From Paraspadella gotoi (lineage: Eukaryota > Animalia > Chaetognatha), in the NCBI GenBank assembly GCA_051294375.1, contig CM119267.1:2863631-2927630 (forward strand): a stretch of DNA of 64,000 bases. Direction: 5' to 3'. Under the pieces are notes generated by a model that was given only the letters and a program-made list of their open reading frames with translations, made no database searches and had not been told where the DNA came from. Both the position numbers and the translations under genes were made by a program. Positions 34,749 to 44,723 of the stretch are shown in pieces; position 1 is the stretch's first letter, and each line of letters begins with the position of its first letter.

Positions 34749-37691
34749 ATGGCTTCGCGTCCTTTGATTTCCGTTTACAACTCTAAGAGCGAAGTGATCC
34801 CTGGCAAGGAAATCCATCAACCTGCGGTGTTCAAAGCGCCGATTCGACCCGACATCGTCAGTTTCGTTCATGATCAGATGATGAAGAATACTAGACAGGC
34901 CGTGTCGGTCGACAAATGGGCGGGTAAGTTAAGATATTCGATCACTAGTTTTGATTTGCCGTTCGACTTACTCAAGATTCAAACAGAGAATTTTTTTCAA
35001 ATAAAACATTAATACGATTAATACTCCTACTCCACATTAAAAAAAAATCGATTTTAATAATATTAATAATGTAGTCAGCTCTTGAGCATATGAATGAAGC
35101 CATTAGTTGAGGTTTATTTTTATAATGTCATTCCCTTTAAAACCAATTTTTAACAGTGCTCCGTATTTGCTTTGCTGTGCCCCCTGTGGTCTTCTTCCGA
35201 ATGTCGTAGAGGTTGGTTTTTCGATATTTAGTAAAGTTTAACAAAATCCAGACTAATTAGGACAATTTTTCGTTTTCCCGCGAATCGTTCCGTTTGAAAA
35301 GGCAAACAAAGTTCCTCGGCCTCCTGGGGAACCGGTCGCGCCGTCGCCCGTATCCCTCGCGTCCGCGGAGGCGGCACCCACCGCTCCGGACAGGGCGCCT
35401 TTGGGAACATGTGTCGCGGAGGACGAATGTTCGCCCCCACCAAGACGTGGCGCCGATGGCATCATCGCATCAACACCAACCAAAAGCGCTTCGCCATGAC
35501 GTCGGCAATCGCTGCCTCGGGCGTTCCCGCGCTCGTCATGTCCAAGGGTCACAAGATCGAGGAGATCTCGGAAGTCCCGCTCGTCGTCGAAGATCGCGTC
35601 GAGTCAATCTCTAAGACCAAAGAGGCCGTCGGTCTCTTGAGGCGTTTGAAAGCTTGGAAGGACGTGGAGAGAGTTTACAAAAGCAAAAGGCTTAGGGCGG
35701 GAAAAGGAAAAATGAGGAACAGGCGGCGTGTCATGAAGGCGGGTCCCTGTATCGTTTACAATATTGACGGAGGAATTCGCCGGGCCTTTAGGAACATCCC
35801 GGGGGTGGCGCTGCTTAACGTGGATAAGTTAAATCTGCTTAATCTGGCCCCTGGAGGTCACGTCGGGCGGTTCTGCATTTGGACCGAAGGGGCTATGAAC
35901 AAGCTGGACGATCTTTACGGCACATGGAGCGCGGCATCTAAGAAAAAGTCAAACTACAATCTCCCGCAACCATTGTTGGCGAATTCGGATTTGACCAGAA
36001 TCTTACACAGCGAAGAGATTCAGTCGGCTCTGAGGCCCAAAAAACCGGGAAAAGTCGGTTCGTCGTTAAAGAGAAATCCGTTAAAGAACATTAACGAGAT
36101 GGCCAAGCTTAATCCTTTCGAAGTGGCCAAAAAACGGTCCGTCATTCTGGAAAGCTCAAAGAAAAAAGAGAAGGGTAAAGGAAAAAGAAAGCTCGAGGAC
36201 CAGGCGCAGTTAGACAAATCTAAAAAGTCAAAAGGACTCGATAAAAAGGACAAGAAAGAAAAAATAGAGAAAGCTTCCAAAAAGCCTGAAACTAAAAAAG
36301 CAGAATTAGAAAAGGAGCCATCTCCAGCGCCAGATACAAAACAAAAAGAGGAAAAGAAACAAAAAGGCAAGGCTGCGAAGAAGGCGATCGTTGAAGAACA
36401 TAAAGAAGAAACTAAATCACTTGATACCGCGGATTCGCCGCCTGAAAAGCCACCGGTTACGGATTCCATATTGGATGAGGCCGAGTCGAAAAAGTCAAAG
36501 AAGAGTAAACCGAAGAAGCAAAAAGCAGAGGCCGTTGCTGAGCCCGTTACTGAGCCCGTGCTCGATTCAGAGGAGGCCGTTGTTCAGCCCAAAGTAGACG
36601 TGGAGATGCAAGAGGCTCCACCGTTGGTTTCCGAAAAGGAAACCAAGTCGAAAGGAAAAATGCCACGGGGTGGAAAGCAAGAATCGAAGTCTCTCTCCGA
36701 AGTGAAGACAAAAGTAAAGGTAGTTAAAACTAAAAGCGGCGAGGACGAACTTAAGGCAAAAGCGGCGCCGCTCGACCNNNNNNNNNNAAGATGGAGGAAG
36801 AATTGGACGCTTTCGATTTCTTCTCTCCAGAGCCGATCGGCTCAGCGGCGAGGGAGCTGGAAAAGCATCAGGAGCAGCAGCAGACTCAGCCGAAGCAGCA
36901 GGAGCAAGAAGAAGCGGCGAAGCCAGTTGTCAAAGAGATGGAGGAACCAGCGACTTATTGGCCGAAATTCGAGGAGGAAGGCTTGGAGTACAAACCCATC
37001 GAGGGGCCCGTAGGCATCGATGTCCTTTTGGATAGGGGCAAAATATGGGCACCCCAAAGCGCCGAAAAGGTAAGATCGATGATTAAAACGATATAAGTCA
37101 ATCGATCGACTTAAATATTTTTTTTTTCATCCCTAGCCATCCGCAGAGACGGACATCCCTGCTGAAGTTCCAAAGTCCGAAGATGCAGAGAAGTCGAAAG
37201 AAAACAAAAAAGGCGGGAAGAAGCCGAGAAGAAAGTCGGAGAGAAAGTCAGAGTCTGAATTTTTTGCGGAGGTGACCGAGGATATGGAAGCCGGAACCAA
37301 GAAGCCGAAGAGAAAGGGGGAACGTCCATCGGAGTCGGAAGGTGGCGCGGAAGTTGGGGAAACGCCGGCGCCGCAGAGGGCCGACCTGACGAAAAGAAGG
37401 CAACGCAGAAAATCCGAGCGAAAATCCGAGTCTGAGGGCGCGGTTTCGGCACAGCCTGCAGAAGACGCGCAGAAAGATGCTAAGAGAGAGGGCCCTAAAA
37501 AGCCGCGAACCAAGTCCGGTCGTCAGTCCGAAACAGAACCCGTATCGGAAAGCGTTGTCGAGGCGCCCGTAGCGGCAGCTGCAGCCGCCACGTCCCCGGC
37601 TTCGGTCGAAGAGCCGTCTGCTGCGAAGACGAAAAAGGGCAAAAAACCTCGAAGAAAATCGGAGAGGCAATCAGAATCCGATCAAATGTAA
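34749..37691 (+). CDS. RPL4: 60S ribosomal protein L4 (uL4) homolog with long Lys/Glu-rich C-terminal extension, ~830 aa; exons 34749-34923, 35302-37069 (spans a gap), 37137-37691
   Basis: [89 protein letters not shown]. Continuity across the 10-N gap is inferred. Confidence 0.9.
36778..36787. other. Assembly gap (10 N) inside RPL4 exon 2
   Basis: Run of N; reading frame changes across it. Confidence 1.
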
Positions 37692-38010
37692 ACGGACGTT
37701 GAAAGATTAAATGACAAGTCATTGTTATAACCAAATATCATTTTCAAAATTCAGACTTTACAACAAAGTTGAATGTTCTCATTTCGTATTTTAAAAAATT
37801 AAAACTAGTTTTGAATTTTTATTGAAATTTTCGATTGATTAAATTAAGTTGAAAATTTTTATTCTGTGTTTTCTACTGTCTACGTAGATGCGTACAGGAA
37901 AGATAAATTAACTATTCAAACTGGACAATTTACATTGAATGAAACGGTTGTTATTACACGGTAAAAACTAAATGACTAATTTTGCAAAGTGTTTTCTTCT
38001 CCAATTGATT

Positions 38011-38871
38011 TTAAATATTTTCTGAATTGCCTTTTTGTTTATCTTCCGATGATTCGTCGTCGTCAGTTTGAATGGCGATTGCAACATCTGTTTCGACTGT
38101 CTCGTCGTTTCCGTTCTCCGTTTCGGCATGTCCACTTGTCGTCAAATCCGACCCGACCTGTTGTTGTTGTTGTTGTTCATTGTTGTCCTTCGCCTCCAGT
38201 CTCGTGGGCGCGGTCGCCGCCGAAATCCCGTGTCCGGTCGCTTCATCGTACGACGGCGGACGCAAGACTATCGCTGGGCAATATTCGGGCGGCGGATCTG
38301 TCGGCGAAACGGCGCCTCCGGTCGGCGCCCAGTACCACGCCGGTTCGCTGACGACGCGACCGACCGACGCCGCTGAATTCGGGGCGTTGACCGAGCGGCG
38401 ACAGCATTGGCGCCGATGCGACACTTTGCGGTGGATTCTCAGAGCGCCGGCAATCATGAGCACGCAGGCTCCGATGAGGAGCACGAAGCCGAAGGTGACC
38501 TCCGAGTAGGACAGAAGGGTAAACCCAAGTAGGGTCACTAAAACCCCGACGACGGCGGCGGTCAAACCAAAAAAGAGCAGCCAGTGTCCCGTCACTCCGG
38601 TAAGGAACGAAGCCTTTGGACCTCTCGGAGCGGAGGTGGTCCTCGTCGCGGCTTCGTCACGGGTCAGGCGTAAAATCACGTCAACGGTAGGTGGCGGGAG
38701 TTGTTGAAAAGCGGAAAGCGAGGCTGAAGAATGTGGAGCTTGAGACATCGGCGAATTTACGGATTGAAGCTGAGCGTCTGAAGCCGTCGCTGATGAAGAC
38801 GGAGAGAGATGAGAAGTAGCAATCGTTGAATGTTCCGCGGCAGGCTCCAAGTGATCGTCGACGTTAGTCAT
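38011..38871 (-). CDS. 286-aa two-transmembrane protein with PPxY motifs, intronless
   Basis: ATG at 38871; hydrophobic hairpin WLLFFGLTAAVVGVLVTLLGFTLL / VTFGFVLLIGACVLMIAGAL; PPEY and PPSY motifs in tail. Confidence 0.75.
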   Translation of the reverse strand: MTNVDDHLEPAAEHSTIATSHLSPSSSATASDAQLQSVNSPMSQAPHSSASLSAFQQLPPPTVDVILRLTRDEAATRTTSAPRGPKASFLTGVTGHWLLFFGLTAAVVGVLVTLLGFTLLSYSEVTFGFVLLIGACVLMIAGALRIHRKVSHRRQCCRRSVNAPNSAASVGRVVSEPAWYWAPTGGAVSPTDPPPEYCPAIVLRPPSYDEATGHGISAATAPTRLEAKDNNEQQQQQQVGSDLTTSGHAETENGNDETVETDVAIAIQTDDDESSEDKQKGNSENI

Positions 38872-39624
38872 TTTTATTTGGTTGGGGAAAAAAATTGATG
38901 GATCTTGCTATTCTCTTTTTTTTTTTCCTCGGAAGAAATCTGAAATGTCTGTCTCGCGATTCCACTCCGACAGAGATAATCCCAGATAATAGGGCGGAAC
39001 GGGCCTTTCCTCGGAAGTTTGTGCGAAAACCACAGGGGGAAAAGAAAATCAAGTCTCTTGGGATTTTATTATCTTTGTGACGATGGAAAAGAGAAAGAGA
39101 AACAAGGAGAGGATTAGAATTTAGATAAAAAGTGGAATTCGAATCGAATCGCGACTGTGGAATCTCTTCTCTCTTCTTGCGGTCTGAGCCTCTCTCATTT
39201 TCCGATCTGAGGCTTATTTTTTTTTTAACATTCGTTCTCTCGCTGTTGCCGGCCTTTTACATTTTCTCTTTTTCTTCTTTATCTTATTTTTTCCTTCCAC
39301 TTCTCCCTCTTGGCAAACTTTCAAAGTTTCCAATTCCTTCGGATCCGCTGACGTTGGTTCTTTGAGAAATCGAAACAAAACAGCAATCAGTTGATGGCGC
39401 TGGCGACGAAAAAAGTTTCTGGGGTGCGAAAATATAACAAAATGGCAACCAATGAATTAATGGTTTAAATTAGGGACCAACTCAGGAGATAATATAAAAT
39501 TTCGACTATTAGCAAAGTTTTTTCGTTGTCTTGACTAAATATTTAAGCAATCATTTTCAAAAAAAATTTACATTATACATCTTGATTAATACATTAAATG
39601 TTACTTATCTTTTTTTACATAATA

Positions 39625-40062
39625 AAAATTTTTTTTTGAAATCTTAAATTTTTTTGATGGATTCTGATAGAGCATAAAAAGTTAAACAAGAAATAAAAAT
39701 TCTTACGTTTTTTAAGTGAAAATATAAAAAAACTGATAAAAGCATCGAAAGATGATGATGATGATGATGATTTTTTACGGTTTTTCTTATTTTTGACTCA
39801 CTTATATATTTAAAAAAGAATTATACTTTGTGTAGACAACTTTTTATGAGCTATCTGAATCTGATCTTAAAATTTAAAAATTACCAAAAAAAATTTGGTC
39901 TTTGCTATCTATAAATAAATTTTTAAAAATTAATTATTTGGGTATAGAGCCATATTATAAATTTTTTGTCCATTGAAAGTATACTGTAAAAATGTATAAA
40001 TTTTCGTTTGAGCATGTACTCATTCTAAATTTTTGACTCACCCCATTGTGTGGGGCTACCCC
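39625..40062 (-). repeat. Repeat family C copy
   Basis: Ends CCCCATTGTGTGGGGCTACCCC, reverse complement of the 1121/5400 starts, collinear over several hundred bp. Confidence 0.65.
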
Positions 40063-40123
40063 TATTTAAATTTTCATCGATCGATGACGACGCTGTTTAA
40101 TCTTTACTGTTTAGACTTTCGCT

Positions 40124-40191
40124 GCTGGTGGAACGTCTCAACCTCCTCGCGGTACCAGCGGGAACATCCTTTGGGATGGCAAAAAGAGACG
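40124..40191 (+). ncRNA. HDV-like self-cleaving ribozyme at the LINE 5' end
   Basis: P1 GCTGGT/ACCAGC, P2 CGTCTC/GAGACG, P3 ACC/GGT, L3 TCCTCGC, P1.1 CC/GG, P4 CATCC-TTTG-GGATG, catalytic-position C 40180 followed by A-rich J4/2. Confidence 0.88.
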
Positions 40192-43100
40192 GGAGGCCCG
40201 AAAAACAAGGAAAAGGTCAAGCCGAAAGGTGGACTCCCGATCCGTTTTTATGGGCAACGGAGTGGGCAAGGAACCTGCCACCCATGTCACCTCCTAAAAC
40301 AACATACTGGCTACAGCCTCTTAGGGCTGCGTCGCGTGATTTCAATAAGGATGAGGAACGAAGAAGACTGATGGAAGTGAAGGCGGCCCTGGTGACAATC
40401 CATCCTAACCCAGGGCCAAGGGACAAGTCAGAGACAGCAAAGGAAGCAAGGAGGAATAGAAGAAAGGAAAAGAGACAGGAGAAAAGAAGGAGGAAGCTAG
40501 AAAATGAAAGGCGAGAAGACAGTCAGAACGATGAAATTAAACAGCTAAATGTGGTTACCTGGAATGTCCAGAGAATGTCTTTAGAAGGCGCTAATTTAAG
40601 AAAAGCCCGATTAGTCGCCCGAGAGGCGGTTATCAGAGAATGGGATGTCGTTCTTCTAAGCGAAATTTGGGCGGAAAAAGATGGTGTCATTTGGATGGGA
40701 CAGGAGGAGGAAGCAGTAGTCATCATACATTCAACGAAGGCAGGAATCCTCCTGAGAGACGAAGCTTTAAAGAAATGGTGTGAAGAGGGACAAAAGAAAA
40801 AATTCTCAGAAAGATGCGTGTCAGTTAAACTGGGTAGGATCACACTGGTATCCACATACATGCCGGTGAAAAAAGCGAGGAAACCTGATAGAAACAGAAG
40901 AAACTCGGGAAAACGCTAAAAGAGCATATAGGCTGGACAAAAGATGATGAAATATTACTAGTGGGAGGAGACTTCAATGCGCATATAGGGGGAGATGAAA
41001 GTAGGAACAGGACTACGGGGGTCTTTGGACTAAGAAGGTCAAACGAGCAGGGCCGAGATTTGTGAACTGGTGCGAGGAGAATGGGTTGTGTTGGGTCAAC
41101 AACTTCTATAAGGAGAAAAACAGAGGGACATGGTTTTTCAACTTTGAACGGGAGATGGTACGAGCTAGATGGATTCATAATGAAGGCAGACCAACGCCAC
41201 CATTACGTTAAGAAAAGTAGGACTGTAGGTGATTTGTTCCTATCAGATCACAAACCCAAAAGAATTCTTGTGAAATTAAAAGGCAAAAAAATGGAGGAGA
41301 GCCTTTAGCAGGAAAAAAGTACCGGAAATCAAATGGGAGATGTTGAAGATAGAGGAGACAGAGAAGAAAGTACCAGGGAGAAGTAAGAAAGAAGCTAGAA
41401 CAAGACAGAGAAGATCTAGGATTTATTTCATCTAACTGGAACAGATTAGCACGATGTGTAATGGAGGCAGCGGAGTTAACATGCGGAAAGAAGGACAAGG
41501 GAGTTTCAGACCCATGGATGCTAGGGAAGGAAGAAGAGATGGAACTTATGAAAAGATCGATAACAAACTTAATAAACAAGAGGAATGAAATGATGGGAAT
41601 AGGACGAGGAGGTGGAGGAGGAGATGAAAGATTTAAATAAAGTAAAGACAGACCTGAGAGAAGCCAGAAATCTGTGGAATAAGACCAAGCGTAGATGGGA
41701 AAGAGAATGGTGGAATAATGTAATTAAGGAGTGTGCAGAGGCGGGCAGCAGAGGAGATATAGGGAAGATGTACAAAGTTTTTACGCCAACTAGGAAGTAG
41801 AGGAATGAAGAAAGAAAGCTCGACCACACTGACCAAAGAGGAATTTAAGAACCAATTCTCAAAAGTAGGGTGTGAAAGGTTTGAAAACAGCCCAGATTCA
41901 ATTATGAAAGAGGTGGACTGCGCGGTGGATTTAAGAAATGATATAAGGACAAAGAAATGGAGAAAAATTTTAAACGAAACACCAGACAAAAAAGAGATAG
42001 CGAGGGAAATGTCGAAGATGAGAGACGCTGCTCCGGGTGAAGATGGAGTCAGGTTGTTATATTTGATAAAAGGTGGAGATTTGGTGATGAACGAGTTTGT
42101 TAAGGTAGTAACTTTTATGTTTGAAAACGATGCAGACACGTGGGAAGAGGGCCTAAAGAGAGGTTTGGTGGTACCAATTTGGAAGAGAAAAGGTAACAAA
42201 AAACGACCCCAATAACTACAGAGGAGTTTGTCTGCTATCCATGGCGAGCAGAGTCTTGGCTAGAGTAGTAGCTAGCAGACTTAAAAAGTGGGCTGAGGAC
42301 ATGGGGCTTCTGGATGACGATCAGGCAGGTTTTCGAAATGGTAGATCAACGGCTGACGCGACACAGATGATGATGAGGATGCAGGAGGATGCTTTAGATC
42401 TGGAGAGAAGGAGATTAAAGAAATCAAGACACATTTAATCCATCGGCAAGGTTGCTGGACCTAAGGAAAGCTTACCCAAGAGTAAACAAACCGGCTTTGT
42501 GGCGACTCCTAGGAAGATATGGCCTCGATGGTGCTTTCTTAAAAAGTTCTGATAAACCTCCACGAGACGACAGAGTACGCGGTGAGAGGAAAAGAAGGAG
42601 CAAGTGAAGCATGGGTCCCACAGAGGGGTTTGAGAGAAGGGTGCCCTACCTCATGTGACTTATTTAACATCTACCATCAAGCCGTCATGAGGAGAGCTGC
42701 AGAGGAGAGAAAAAACAAAGCGGAAGAGAAGAACCAAGTTTTTGGGATCGAGTACAACTGGGTTCCCGGTTGTTCTATTCAAGGGGATATGTGGGGTAGG
42801 AACAATTCGGAATCAGTCACGATAGTAATAGACAAGAGCCTTTTTGCGGACGACACGACGTTAGTAGGGGATGAGGAGGAGCTAGAGGTTGGGGTCGAGA
42901 TTGTGAAAGAAGTCATGGGCAGATATGAAGAGAGAAATAATGATGACAAAGAAGAGAGACTCGAGTTTGGGAGAGGGGATAGTGGGGAAGTGAGAATGCT
43001 GGGGAGCTGGATGGGTTGGAGTGAAGATATAAGGAACAGAATAAAGAGAGCGAATAAGACGTGGTGGAAGCTGAAAAAGCAGTTAAGTGGATCTAGCCTA

Positions 43101-44082
43101 TCTAAAAGATTGCAGGCAAGGGTTGTGGAAGCGTGTGTAGAAAATTCCTTGCTCTTTGACAGCGCAGTCAGGGTCTGGACTTTGAGAGAAATTAAAACTC
43201 TGCAGAGTTTCGTAGATAAAGCATACAGGTATGTGTGGAGGAAGGGAAACAAACCGCCTCTAATCCAAATGCAGGAAGAAGGTCGCAATATGCAAGATGT
43301 TAGGTCCTATTTGAAAATAAAAAGCCTAAGATGGAAAATTGAAAAGCGAGTACTTGAGAGGATAGGCCATGTGATGCGTATGGATGATGATAGAATGGCA
43401 AAAGCTGTGATTCTTGGTTGGATGAAGGAATTGGAAAATGGGAACTTAAGGGTAGAAGAAACAGGCGCACAAACCATTACTGGAGAAAGCTACTACGAGA
43501 AGCTGGGATAGATGTATGCGAAATTGGAGAAATAACTAAAGACCGTAAAATCTGGAGAATTAACGTGAAAGAGCGAATGAGTCACTTATGGGAATGGGAG
43601 AAAAGTTTAGGACACAAATGGACAGGGGAAGTTGTAGTTAGGAATGTTGAAAGAAAGCCAGGGACGTTGGTATGCTCATACTGCAACAAGGAATGCAAGT
43701 CAAGGGCGGGTCTAGCAACGCACAGAAAGCGAATGCATGAAGTCTCTAGCCATAAAAAGTCTTTTAGTTGTACTAAGTGCGGGGAGTTGTTTCAACAAGA
43801 GGCCAACTTGATGAATCATAGCAAAGTGTGTGGTGGTAGAGCCAAGGACCCGTCAAAAAGGAAATGTATTTGTGGGAAAGAATTTAGCCCTCACTATATC
43901 AGTAGGCATAGGAAAATGTGCGAGAAGGCTCAGAACATGTTAACTGGGCATGAACATGAGTCAGCTAGAGTCTTTAAGAGTGTGAGAGTAAAGTGTGAAA
44001 TATGTGGACTCGAGCTCGACAGATCAAATCGAGCTAGGCACATGCGACGACAGCACTAAGAGTGAGGCAGTCCCTCGTAGGA

Positions 44083-44149
44083 GCTAGCAGTACGTCTCTA
44101 CCTCCACGCGGTGCTAGCGGGAACATCCTTTCGGATGGCAAAAGAGACG
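44083..44149 (+). ncRNA. Second HDV-like ribozyme, heading the nested element
   Basis: P1 GCTAGC/GCTAGC (two compensatory pairs vs copy 1), P2 CGTCTCT/AGAGACG, P3 ACC/GGT, L3 TCCACGC, P4 CATCC-TTTC-GGATG, C 44139. Confidence 0.88.
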
Positions 44150-44439
44150 GGAGGCTCAAGCGATCAAGGAGAAGGAAAAGCCGAAAGGCGGAATCCCGAT
44201 CTGTTTTCTTGAGTAACGGAGTGGGTCAGGCCCAGCCGACCTGGTCACCTCCCCCTCTTCCTCACCTTCCCAATCCCTCCCTCCCTCCTCCTCTCTCCCT
44301 CTCTTCCTCTATCTTTCCCCACCCTAATTAAACAACATTCTGGCTGCAAGCCTCTCAAGGCAAGTCTCAAGTCTACCATCTTAGACAGCTTTGAGAGTGA
44401 GGTAGTCCTCGTTGGACGAATGCCTTTCAAGTCAAGTCA
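44083..44439 (+). mobile_element. 357-bp non-autonomous, internally deleted retroelement (SIDE/SINE-like) nested in the LINE 3' UTR
   Basis: TSD AGTCCCTCGTAGGA at 44069-44082 and 44440-44453; 5' part homologous to LINE 5' UTR, 3' part homologous to LINE 3' UTR, short CAAGT tail, no coding domain. Confidence 0.88.
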
Positions 44440-44723
44440 AGTCCCTCGTAGGACGAACGCCTGTCAAGTCAAGTCAAGTCAAGTCAAGTCAAGTCAAGTC
44501 AAGTCAAGTCAAGTCAAGTCAAGTCAAGTTTAGACTTTCGCTAATATGTTATGAAAAATAATATGAAAGCTTGGACATGATAGGAAAATTGAGTTATTCC
44601 GAAATTTAGAATGAAAGGAGGTGATTTAAAATTCTTTTTAATGATGACTACTGTTACAATCTTTTTTTAAAATTTTTATCTGCATTAGTATAACCCTTTC
44701 ATCATTTTGTCCTGACTTAGACT

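Larger units (their letters stand above)
40124..44529 (+). mobile_element. Full-length RTE-like non-LTR retrotransposon (APE + RT + C-terminal zinc fingers), ORF disrupted
   Basis: TSD GTTTAGACTTTCGCT at 40109-40123 and 44528-44542 (first 2 nt overlap the tail); APE motifs TWNV, SE, GDFNAHIG, SDH; RT motifs QAGFRNGRST, GLREGCP, FADD, GHVMRM; stop 44059; (CAAGT)13 tail; several frameshifts/stops. Confidence 0.92.

Noticed and set aside
34924-35301. Intronic C/D snoRNA as in vertebrate RPL4
   Set aside because: No RTGATGA box C paired with a CTGA box D seen.
36788-37013. Arg/Ser-rich end of the 534-aa RPL4 ORF
   Set aside because: Frame artefact of the N gap; the acidic frame (36791 onward) matches composition and splices in phase to 37137.
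40124-44360. LTR retrotransposon, given the direct repeat at both ends
   Set aside because: Repeats are diverged, lack TG..CA/PBS/PPT, the enzyme set is APE+RT, and the 3' copy has its own TSD.
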